Below are positions 9,917-18,068 of a stretch of DNA of 64,000 bases, one piece after another. A model generated the notes under the pieces. It was given only the letters and a program-made list of their open reading frames with translations. It was not told where the DNA came from and did no database searches. Source of the DNA: a virus; the IMG/VR virus record IMGVR_UViG_3300036766_000686, positions 27,711-91,710 of that record. One strand, 5' to 3'. The translations under genes and the position numbers were made by a program. The stretch's first letter is position 1. The number at the start of each line of letters is the position of its first letter.

Positions 9917-10484
9917 GTTTCCCGTACCCGAGGGGGTCGCGCCACCCGGGCGCCATCACGTCGGACTTGGTTCGCTCTCGAACCCACTCCTCTGTGTTTC
10001 TCTGTAATACTCCAATCAATTCTCGTTTAGTCACTCCCCATTCCTTCTCCAAATAATCGACAAGTCTTTTAATAAATCTATTCTCCTGCTCTCCTACCCC
10101 ACCGCATACTTCAACCGACTTCACAAGCGTCCTTAAGTTCAAAGCGTTTTCCCCCTCTACCCTAAACACTTCCTTCCACCACTCCCTCCACTTAGCTATC
10201 AGCGCCATGTCCGCATTCGTCCGCTTTTTATCTCGCAACATTTTCGCCATCGAATACGGTGTTTCCCCTTCCAACTCTTGAGGGAATAGGGGAGCTTGTT
10301 GAGACCTGAGCCCGCCCCGTTCTATGTCGTCCTCGACGACCCTAAGCCACTTCGTCCTTCCTTCTTCCGTCTGCAAAGTTATCTTCCATAGTTCGCTCAA
10401 GGTCTTTGGCGGTACGCCTACACTCGATAAGGCGCCCTCGCAGTTTGTTGACCCGTTCGCTGCCCTTCCTTCGCTCTCCATCAT
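9906..10484 (-). CDS. Hypothetical protein
   Basis: GGAGG 6 nt upstream of ATG; overlaps the 3' end of the initiator-like gene by 143 nt. Confidence 0.55.
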   Translation of the reverse strand: MMESEGRAANGSTNCEGALSSVGVPPKTLSELWKITLQTEEGRTKWLRVVEDDIERGGLRSQQAPLFPQELEGETPYSMAKMLRDKKRTNADMALIAKWREWWKEVFRVEGENALNLRTLVKSVEVCGGVGEQENRFIKRLVDYLEKEWGVTKRELIGVLQRNTEEWVRERTKSDVMAPGWRDPLGYGKREV

Positions 10485-11871
10485 CTATTGCCTCCAGTTC
10501 CTTTAGGATTGCTTGTTGCTCTAGGTTTATCTCGCCTATTCTACCTTGAGCCTTCGAACGTTCCTGCATCCGCTTCCCCCTGAGCCACCAGCGGTTCAGG
10601 TTCTTTTCAAACATCTGGATAGGGTGCCCTGCTTTCCTAAGCCATTCATCGTCCCGCGTTGACCAATACCCGAACGCTGCCCACGTTACAACGTCGTAGG
10701 CGCTTATCCCTTCGTCCTTCGCTACCATCGACGCCCACTTGGGAATCGAGGACAAAGTTCGCTCGTGAGAAGGAACCAACGAGTAGCGTCCCGCCTCTGC
10801 TTTTTTCATGCCTTCATCAATCGCGCCTACAACCTCATCAATCGAAATCGTGCCGTTCCTGCGCTTGAAGGCACAAGCAGGCTCAAGGATTCGCGCAGAA
10901 GCTACGGCGTGTATAGACGGGAAAGGTTGGGGGGTGTTGTTGTGGGACTCAGCATACGCAAACACGACCTCGGGGGTAATGCCCGCTTCCAAGCAACTCA
11001 CTCCGATCTTGAAACAAGCATCCCTCCAAGTCCCCGTGCCCTTGAGGAACTTCTCCCCAGTGCGCTTCCCGCGTATCGCAACGTAAAGCCGGAACACTTC
11101 GTCCTCGAGGACTTTCCTCACCCGAGACGTTTCCTCGGCCTCGCTCACCCCGCTCGCCTGCAGTTGCGCAAGCAACGAGGCGCGCCCTGCTGTGTCGAGT
11201 CCGAAAAGTTCGGAGCAGGCGGGAGCGAAGTTTTCGACGACCCTGACCAGCTTGCCTTCCCTGCTGGCGTTGCGCTTTGCTGTGCCCGTTCCTTGGGTTC
11301 GCTTGGTAGCTCGCGGTTGAGGTTTGTCAAACTCGCTTACGCTCGTTTGTATGTTCGCTTTTGAATTTAGATTCTTAACTCTTAAATTCTTAACTCTTAA
11401 ATTCTTAACTCTTAAATTCTCTTTACTTGCTAACGCAAGTAAGGGGGGCGCGTGACGGTCTGTGACGGCATCGTCACACTTCGTCACATGACCCTCCTCG
11501 CCTTGCTCTTTGTGACGGCCTGTGACGGCATCGTCACACTTCGTCACACCGTTCACCACTGGGGTTCGTTTTGTGCGCCATCGTTGCGTTCGTTCCGCTC
11601 CAGACAGGGGCGGCGGTTCAACTTTCAAAGCTCGTGTCCTCGAGGTTAACAATTCGCCCAGTTCGATGCACTCCTTCAACCCTATCTCCACAATTTCTTT
11701 CGGTAAGCTCGTGAAATATTCCACCACTTCGTTCAGGCTTTTATTCTCAATATTCGCGTGATTTTTTGCTGTTTTGATTAACGTGGCTATCAATGCTTGG
11801 GCTTCCCAACTCAGTAAAATATTCCCCGCCGCCTCGTCTTTGAGGCGAACGTGTTGAGGAGCGTCACTCAT
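10342..11871 (-). CDS. Putative replication initiator/replisome organizer
   Basis: N-terminal helical region with AERTQRWR motif, low-complexity linker containing iteron-like DNA repeats, position between helicase and dnaE. Confidence 0.6.
   Translation of the reverse strand: MSDAPQHVRLKDEAAGNILLSWEAQALIATLIKTAKNHANIENKSLNEVVEYFTSLPKEIVEIGLKECIELGELLTSRTRALKVEPPPLSGAERTQRWRTKRTPVVNGVTKCDDAVTGRHKEQGEEGHVTKCDDAVTDRHAPPLLALASKENLRVKNLRVKNLRVKNLNSKANIQTSVSEFDKPQPRATKRTQGTGTAKRNASREGKLVRVVENFAPACSELFGLDTAGRASLLAQLQASGVSEAEETSRVRKVLEDEVFRLYVAIRGKRTGEKFLKGTGTWRDACFKIGVSCLEAGITPEVVFAYAESHNNTPQPFPSIHAVASARILEPACAFKRRNGTISIDEVVGAIDEGMKKAEAGRYSLVPSHERTLSSIPKWASMVAKDEGISAYDVVTWAAFGYWSTRDDEWLRKAGHPIQMFEKNLNRWWLRGKRMQERSKAQGRIGEINLEQQAILKELEAIDDGERRKGSERVNKLRGRLIECRRTAKDLERTMEDNFADGRRKDEVA
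11371..11420. repeat. AT-rich 15-bp tandem repeat (attcttaactcttaa) x3.3
   Basis: Directly visible; encodes (NLRVK)n. Confidence 0.95.
11452..11547. repeat. Two copies (60-bp spacing) of a quasi-palindromic GTGACG-N4-GTGACG-N4-CGTCAC-N4-CGTCAC block; candidate origin iterons
   Basis: 11452-11487 and 11512-11547 are near-identical, with 10-bp phased hexamers. Confidence 0.85.
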
Positions 11872-12097
11872 GGAGCGACCTCACAGAAAAGGGTGGCCTC
11901 CCTCTCCGATAGGGTATTTAGTTGCGCGATTAGGGGGGGGCGAAACCACGCAACATGGACGGGGACAAGCAATAAACCCCGACTATATGCGCCCGATCTT
12001 GGGGAGAGGGAGGCATAAAAACTTTCGCAAAGTTTCGTCATAGGTGCTTGTGAACGCTAAGAATAAATCGAATAAATCAAAAAGTAAATAAAAATCG

Positions 12098-13537
12098 TTA
12101 CCCGTCCACCACGCTCACCTTGAACGCTCGTTCTTTTCGATACACGCCCATCCTACTCCTCGAGTGCTCCGCGAAATAGGGATGGGTTAAATCAACGAAA
12201 TCCACAATAAAAGCACGCTGCTTCCCTGCGTGAGGAGTCAAGCATCGTAACCTTTGGTAAGTCCTCTTGATATCTGACCCGCCTTCTGCAATCACCACCG
12301 CGTCAATCTCGGGAATGTCCACTCCCTCGTCGAAAATCGTCCCAACTAACACGAGTATATCCCCATTCTTGAATCGTGATACCTCACGTTCCCGGTCCTC
12401 GGTCTTGGTTTCGCCGGTCAAACAAGCGTACCGAACTCCTAACTTGTCGAGACGATCGCACAACTCCACAACTTGTTCCAGCCTGCTCGATATCACAACA
12501 ACGCGCAGCCCTTCCTTTGACATACGGAAAGCCTCTGCGGCTATCTTGTCGTTTCGGTAATCGTTGAGGATGATTGCGTCCTTGTGAAGTTTCTGGGACC
12601 AACGACGGCGCCCAAGGTCGGGCTTCCGAATGACGTGCAAAGATACCTCGGGGCGGACCAAATAGTTTTGATCGATCAAGTCGCTCATAGGAACATCGAT
12701 CAAGATGTCCCCGGTACAAGCGTGAAGCCAGATCACGCCAAGTTCCGTTTCGCGTTCGTTGTCGAAAAACACAGTTGCCGAAAGCCCGAGTTTGTAAGGA
12801 GCGTCGGAATCGAGTAGAGCCTGCCTCCACGTTTCACTTTTCAAGTGGTGAATCTCGTCCGCTATCACGAGGTCGGTTCGTTGCAGGAGTTCAAAGTACT
12901 TTTCAAACGTTCGCCCACGGGCCGAGGACAGGGTTTGAAACGACGCCACGTTAATGTCCCGCTCGTTCCATTCCCCATCTCCCATTACGCCAACGTCAAC
13001 CTTCAACGCTTTTTCCAGCGCTTGTCGAGTTTGATGGAGCAGGAAAGTTGCGGGGACGAGAAATAGAGTCCTCACGCCCAGCCGGGCAATGATTGCGGCA
13101 GCGGTGCGGGTCTTGCCCGCCCGAGGAGGCATCTTGACGATGCCCCTCCCGATCGTTCCCAAAGCCCCCTGCGGTGTCGTGGCGCACGTAAGCGCCTCGC
13201 ACTGATAGGGTCGGAGCCCGTCAACGGGCGCGAGACGAAGGAAGGACGCGGGAAAGCGCCGACAGTCCTCGAAATCAAACTCCGTGCCTTGCTCTCTCAG
13301 CGTTGCCATGACGTCGTTAGCCATGCCAGCGGGGAACCTGAGACTGCCATCAGGTAACGCCTTTGCAAGTCTCACCCTACCGTCCCACGTGTGCGCAACA
13401 AAGCGAGGAGAGAAACGCCGCCCCGCCATCAAGTAGGAAGTCCTTTGGGAGATTGCCTTGAGGACTGCCGTGGGGGCTCCGTACAACCTCCCGTGTCGAT
13501 TATCTAAGGTCAGCCTCACTCCTACATTATCGCACAA
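12098..13537 (-). CDS. Superfamily 2 (DExH) helicase, UvsW/XPB-like
   Basis: LRPYQ, PPRAGKT, DEIHH, LGLSAT, EGVDIP. Confidence 0.9.
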   Translation of the reverse strand: MCDNVGVRLTLDNRHGRLYGAPTAVLKAISQRTSYLMAGRRFSPRFVAHTWDGRVRLAKALPDGSLRFPAGMANDVMATLREQGTEFDFEDCRRFPASFLRLAPVDGLRPYQCEALTCATTPQGALGTIGRGIVKMPPRAGKTRTAAAIIARLGVRTLFLVPATFLLHQTRQALEKALKVDVGVMGDGEWNERDINVASFQTLSSARGRTFEKYFELLQRTDLVIADEIHHLKSETWRQALLDSDAPYKLGLSATVFFDNERETELGVIWLHACTGDILIDVPMSDLIDQNYLVRPEVSLHVIRKPDLGRRRWSQKLHKDAIILNDYRNDKIAAEAFRMSKEGLRVVVISSRLEQVVELCDRLDKLGVRYACLTGETKTEDREREVSRFKNGDILVLVGTIFDEGVDIPEIDAVVIAEGGSDIKRTYQRLRCLTPHAGKQRAFIVDFVDLTHPYFAEHSRSRMGVYRKERAFKVSVVDG

Positions 13538-13666
13538 GGCGGGGGCGGGGTAAATGAGAAAAGCGCCTCACCCCCCCCCCGCCTCCCCAGAGTTTCCAGA
13601 AGGCGTTTTGTTGTCGGGGGCACAGAATCGTAGCTCCCCGGAGGTGAAAGTCGGAAATAGAGGGTG

Positions 13667-14143
13667 CTATGGCGGGGCGTTTAGGGTGCGCGAGCCCAAC
13701 CAAGTCACCGTTACGACCTCGTCCAACTGCTTTGCCGTTTTTCTCAATTCTTCGAGCGCTCGGTCAATACGTTTCGGGTCTGCGGACTCGACCGCGTCTT
13801 GAGCATCCAGCCGGGCCTTGTCGAGTGCCAGCCACGCATCATTGAGCGTTGCACAGTCTGCCCGCAGTTTGCGCAACGTCACGTCCGCGTCCGCGTCCTT
13901 GTCCACTACCCCCCTCGCCTGCAGCTCCCGCTCCCTCACGTCACACGCCGCCCGCGTTGCCTCAATCGACGGGACGAGGACTGTCTGGATTACGTGCAAG
14001 AGGGAATGGATTGTGGAGATAGAGGATGCAAACTGAGAGGGCGAGCAAGCCGCCAAAAGCCCCACGGCAAGGAAAGGTATGGCAAGCCGGGCGATCAAGC
14101 ACTCGAACAGACTGGTCAGGATTTTTCTTGCTTTGTTTTGCAT
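13667..14143 (-). CDS. Lipoprotein, candidate spanin component
   Basis: Lipobox GLLAA-C followed by a helical/coiled-coil region; downstream of endolysin. Confidence 0.55.
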   Translation of the reverse strand: MQNKARKILTSLFECLIARLAIPFLAVGLLAACSPSQFASSISTIHSLLHVIQTVLVPSIEATRAACDVRERELQARGVVDKDADADVTLRKLRADCATLNDAWLALDKARLDAQDAVESADPKRIDRALEELRKTAKQLDEVVTVTWLGSRTLNAPP

Positions 14144-14171
14144 CCTCGTCCTCCTCGGTTTTCTTACACGC

Positions 14172-14198
14172 GGTAGCGGGTGCAGGAATCGAACCTGC
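14172..14198 (-). pseudogene. Orphan 3' tRNA fragment (T-arm + acceptor 3' strand)
   Basis: GCAGG-TTCGATT-CCTGC-ACCCGCT-ACC; no matching 5' half seen upstream. Confidence 0.65.
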
Positions 14199-14203
14199 CA
14201 TCC

Positions 14204-14884
14204 TCATGAAGTTGCAGGGAGAGAAATCGAATCTCTAACCTCGTGGGTATGAGCCACGCGCGCTGCCTTTGCGCCACCCTGCACAAGTTTTTCCAACTCA
14301 ATTAATCCATGATCTAGTTCCCAATGATGATTAGGACACAAAGTAACCAGATTTTCAATGGCATTCACAGCCTCAATTTTTGTTGCCCCGGAAAATTTGG
14401 CGATAGCGCGAACATGACAAATTTCTACGTGCCGATCGTACCCACAGACGAAGCACACACGCTGCCGTTTCGATCCTAAATAAATATGTCTTGCGTGGTT
14501 TTGAATGGAGGAACGCGAGGACTGATAACCTTTGCAACGATCACGATGCTCTTCCAACTTATACCCCTTTATTTTTTCACGTTGATGGCAATCTTTGCAG
14601 GCTCGCAGCCTCAACCCTTCTGGAATAATTTTCCCGCAGCGTTTGCATTTACGAGGAGATTTATCGCGCTTGCGTTCTTTATTGGTCGTTATCGCCGCGC
14701 AGGATCTTGAACAGTATTTCCGCTTACGCGTGTCAGCTATTTTACTTTTACCTTTTACCGAAATAGTTTTGCCGCAATTTTGGCATATCCGGGGAGAAGA
14801 ATAATAGCGACTTAAAGCGGCTTGCCGACTTATTATCGCTGTCGCCCGTCCACCAAAACTTTGAGGACTAATTGGATCGTTCAT
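14204..14884 (-). CDS. Free-standing HNH endonuclease with N-terminal zinc fingers
   Basis: CQNCGK..YCSRSC, CKRCG, CFVCG..EICHV..NAIENLVTLCPNHHWELD. Confidence 0.88.
   Translation of the reverse strand: MNDPISPQSFGGRATAIISRQAALSRYYSSPRICQNCGKTISVKGKSKIADTRKRKYCSRSCAAITTNKERKRDKSPRKCKRCGKIIPEGLRLRACKDCHQREKIKGYKLEEHRDRCKGYQSSRSSIQNHARHIYLGSKRQRVCFVCGYDRHVEICHVRAIAKFSGATKIEAVNAIENLVTLCPNHHWELDHGLIELEKLVQGGAKAARVAHTHEVRDSISLPATS
14212..14283 (-). tRNA. tRNA-Met (CAT), no encoded CCA
   Basis: Acceptor TGCAGGG/CCCTGCA, D-stem GCGC/GCGC, anticodon arm CGTGG-CTCATAC-CCACG, T-arm AGAGA-TTCGATT-TCTCT. Confidence 0.85.
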
Positions 14885-14958
14885 CCTCTCAGTTTAGCGG
14901 GTAAGCGTTACGAAATCAACAAACCTATGCGTGCCTCCAGTACACCTACCCGCAACAA

Positions 14959-15417
14959 CTACCCTCCACACGTTCGAGTGAAGCAAGGCTCCATGTTCTG
15001 CCTCAACCTCCACTCGTTTATTCTCAATATGCGATCGTATTCGGATGAGCGAGTCACGGCGTCCCGAATCGGATCCGTCACCCGGTGAGCCTCGCGGCTC
15101 GCTCGATCCTGAATTATGTCCATTCGAATTTGCTGTACCGAATCCTTAATTTCGGTAACGGCTTTTTCGTGAACGTCGAGGCGCTTCTTAATTTCGACGT
15201 GTTCCTGAGTATTCGTGTCCTTCAACGTCTTGACCTCTTGTGGTTCGGCACCTTCGGGGAACTGAAACGCCCCGCCCGCCGCCTGCAGTAACGCCGCTCC
15301 CCACCCGCCACCGCCCACCAATACGATAATCCCCGCAACGACGATCCACTTGATCCTTACGGTCAGCGTTGACGGGCCTATGGAGATTGGCGGATCAGTA
15401 TTTCCCATGTATACCAT
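14959..15417 (-). CDS. Single-TM coiled-coil membrane protein (holin or inner-spanin-like)
   Basis: TM WIVVAGIIVLVGGGGWGAALL then coiled coil and C-terminal Cys pair; immediately after endolysin; start moved from 15510 to avoid overlap. Confidence 0.55.
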   Translation of the reverse strand: MVYMGNTDPPISIGPSTLTVRIKWIVVAGIIVLVGGGGWGAALLQAAGGAFQFPEGAEPQEVKTLKDTNTQEHVEIKKRLDVHEKAVTEIKDSVQQIRMDIIQDRASREAHRVTDPIRDAVTRSSEYDRILRINEWRLRQNMEPCFTRTCGG

Positions 15418-15446
15418 CTTACCAAGTTTGTAGGTTTCTGTCACCT

Positions 15447-16130
15447 TCAAACCCCCGTCGCCCACTGAAAGTGCATGGGGTCGGGGTTGCTGTGAAACTT
15501 CGCGCCCCACGTAAATCCAGCCGCCTCGAAAATCTGCACCACACCCGGGTGAATCCTGCTCGGGTGCCCCGGAGGATTTTCGCTCCAGTTTACATCACAC
15601 GCGATTGCCCACGAGTGCAGGGAAAGAGGTTTGCTCGGGTCGTTCATCTTGTGCCGCGGCGCCCACACCGCGAACTGTCGGACCTCGCTCGACAGCCCTT
15701 GCCTTTGCACCTGTTCGAACACTTCGAAAAATACGTCCGCGAGTTTCTTGTGGACGATTTCCTTGCCGACAACAGGGAGGAAAATAGCGACCGTGTTGTC
15801 CTCACTCCACCCGTTTGTGATCTTGATCCTCCCACCCTCCGCGTTCACGTATTGAATTTGCCCAAACACGCGCGCCACGTTGTCGAGCCCATGAGGAATC
15901 TCGACCACAGAGGCGATTGGATGCGGGACGGCAACATCTCGCGCAATCGCGCCCAACGTCACCTCGTCCACTGTCCCTGTAACAAACCTTTGCCGCTGGT
16001 ACTCTCGTACCGCGCTCTCCGTGATGCGTCCATACTCTCGATCCATGCGCCCGTGATAGTACCCGAGCTTGCCCAAGTCCTCTTGTAACTTGCCGACCTC
16101 CGGCCCTTTGTCTCCAATGTGAAGTTCCAT
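15447..16130 (-). CDS. Endolysin: PG-binding domain + M15 zinc peptidase
   Basis: GDKGPEVGKLQEDL..YG..TESAVREYQ; SLHSWAIACD..WG..DPMHFQ. Confidence 0.9.
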   Translation of the reverse strand: MELHIGDKGPEVGKLQEDLGKLGYYHGRMDREYGRITESAVREYQRQRFVTGTVDEVTLGAIARDVAVPHPIASVVEIPHGLDNVARVFGQIQYVNAEGGRIKITNGWSEDNTVAIFLPVVGKEIVHKKLADVFFEVFEQVQRQGLSSEVRQFAVWAPRHKMNDPSKPLSLHSWAIACDVNWSENPPGHPSRIHPGVVQIFEAAGFTWGAKFHSNPDPMHFQWATGV

Positions 16131-16139
16131 TTTGCTCTC

Positions 16140-18065
16140 CTATAGTGGGATGGGAGCCAGGTCGATTCCCGTGAGCCCGTGACGGAGTGTGGTGAACAGC
16201 CCCCCGTGAGGATTGCCAGCGTCCACTTTGACCACACCCCCAAATACCCACGCTCCTTGCGCAAATCCCAACCCGTAGACGGTAAAGGCGGGAAGATAAG
16301 TCGAATCAATTGATGCTAAGGACGCGAGAGGATTCCACGAGGAACCATTGTCGATAGAGACCCACAAACTGTTTAACGATCCCCCGCATATCATCAACCC
16401 CGTATCGTCCGAACAAATTGAGAATCCTTGGATCAGGCCGTCAAATACCGCTCCAACATCGTTCCACGTCGTACCGTCCGCAGAAGTGGCGACCTCGCCT
16501 CCCTCCGTGATAAGACTAAACACGGTTCCGTTCCACGTGATATCGTTGACCGCGTGGGTGATCGAAGCAGGGAGCGTCCGGGCCGTCCAAGTTTCGCCGT
16601 CTGGACTGGTGAGAATTTTCGGCACCCCACCGCCCGATCCACCCGCGACAAATAAGCGCGAACCGTTTGGCGTTCCACAGCATACACAATTTAAATCACA
16701 GTTTGGAACGCCTGTTGTTTTCTGAACCCACGTTTCCGCGTCCACGCTACAAAGGATCACCGCATTGCTCCCATCGTTTTTCCCAACCGCGATAAATAAC
16801 ATAGCTCCATCCGAAATCACGTCATTTAAGATTGCAATTGTTGGAGTTATTTGTTCCACCCACGAACTAAAGTCCGGCCCTTCCCCCTTCGCCACAAAAG
16901 AGTCTCCCCCTGCCTCTCGGGAGCCAACTACCACAAACACCCCGTCTTTGCTAAAGTTAAAAGGATCAAAACATACGCTGGTTAAATAGAGATTTTTGGC
17001 AACCGTATCGTACTTCCAATCCTTGCCCCCGTAACTCCAATAAATATAACAGGGCGCTGGGCCAGGCAGTTGAAAGGCTACGGCGCAATAAACAGGAACA
17101 AGACCAATACCGCTCCCGTTATTTACCGATCCTCCCGCCACTTTCGAAAATACTCGGTAGTCCGTTCCGTTGTTGAACCAGTTGAGTATAGTAGATGCAA
17201 ACGATTTCCTAAGTTCCATCTTGCTCGTATGCGCCTCTGACCAGTCAGAAAGCGAGTAAGGCAAAAACCGTTGCCCCGTCACATCGAACACTGTCGGACT
17301 AGTTCCGATCCCGCTTCCCTTTACTTTGCCAACCCACCAGTACCCCGATACGTCGAATAAATCCCCGCTCTCTAACGTCTTGATAGTCGGCCCGATAAGT
17401 CGAACCTTGTAATGGGAAGCGTCCGTATCTACGCTCCCCACCTGCTGTCCGAGCAAAGCCGCCGTCTCGATATAGTTTTCCGTTTCCCCGCCATCCCACT
17501 GTACCGTGCAAGTCTCGATGGCGACGGACTCGCTCGTTCCGTTTTGCGCTGGGGTAATCAACCAAACCTGCACCTCTCTCCCCGCGTTCGAAACGCCTGC
17601 CTCGGTAATGGTATCGACGACCAAGCGCAACGTGGTCCCTTGATCCGTAACTTCATCGGGGTAATCACATTCCCCAATTGCCTCTTCCCAGTTTATGTAT
17701 TCGGGATATCCGGTGCGAGGATTGACCTGTACTCCGCTCGGTATCTCGCATTTTTTGAGCGCCACTTGGTAATACGTTGCGGAGGTGTTCTCAAAGTAAT
17801 AGTCCTCATCACAGGTGTTAAGCAGGATATTTCCAATCGCATCCGTGCCGTAGAAGGCTCCGGTCAACTTAACTCGATCCGTCTCGCTACTCGACAGGGT
17901 TATCCTTGTGCTGCCGAACGTGCCTTGAAGGGTATAAACCCTTGCGGTCAGAGCCTTTACAGAGTTTATCAAGTAATCAAGGAAATAGTCCTTGAAGGGG
18001 CTAACACCCATCAAACGTTTAAGGGTAATGTTTACGAACTTATCCTGAGTTGTCATGGTACTCAC
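16140..18065 (-). CDS. Tail fibre/receptor-binding protein with BNR-repeat beta-propeller
   Basis: Repeated SxDGxTW motifs (SVDAETW, SPDGETW, SADGTTW, SIDNGSSW); follows baseplate genes. Confidence 0.7.
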   Translation of the reverse strand: MSTMTTQDKFVNITLKRLMGVSPFKDYFLDYLINSVKALTARVYTLQGTFGSTRITLSSSETDRVKLTGAFYGTDAIGNILLNTCDEDYYFENTSATYYQVALKKCEIPSGVQVNPRTGYPEYINWEEAIGECDYPDEVTDQGTTLRLVVDTITEAGVSNAGREVQVWLITPAQNGTSESVAIETCTVQWDGGETENYIETAALLGQQVGSVDTDASHYKVRLIGPTIKTLESGDLFDVSGYWWVGKVKGSGIGTSPTVFDVTGQRFLPYSLSDWSEAHTSKMELRKSFASTILNWFNNGTDYRVFSKVAGGSVNNGSGIGLVPVYCAVAFQLPGPAPCYIYWSYGGKDWKYDTVAKNLYLTSVCFDPFNFSKDGVFVVVGSREAGGDSFVAKGEGPDFSSWVEQITPTIAILNDVISDGAMLFIAVGKNDGSNAVILCSVDAETWVQKTTGVPNCDLNCVCCGTPNGSRLFVAGGSGGGVPKILTSPDGETWTARTLPASITHAVNDITWNGTVFSLITEGGEVATSADGTTWNDVGAVFDGLIQGFSICSDDTGLMICGGSLNSLWVSIDNGSSWNPLASLASIDSTYLPAFTVYGLGFAQGAWVFGGVVKVDAGNPHGGLFTTLRHGLTGIDLAPIPL

Positions 18066-18068
18066 CTC

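Noticed and set aside
13538-13590. G-rich/C-rich imperfect hairpin upstream of the helicase gene as a terminator
   Set aside because: The stem is imperfect and there is no clear U-tract, so it cannot be called confidently.
14172-14198. tRNA fragment as an attP/attR site marking a prophage end
   Set aside because: Phage genes continue on both sides and no integrase is in the window.
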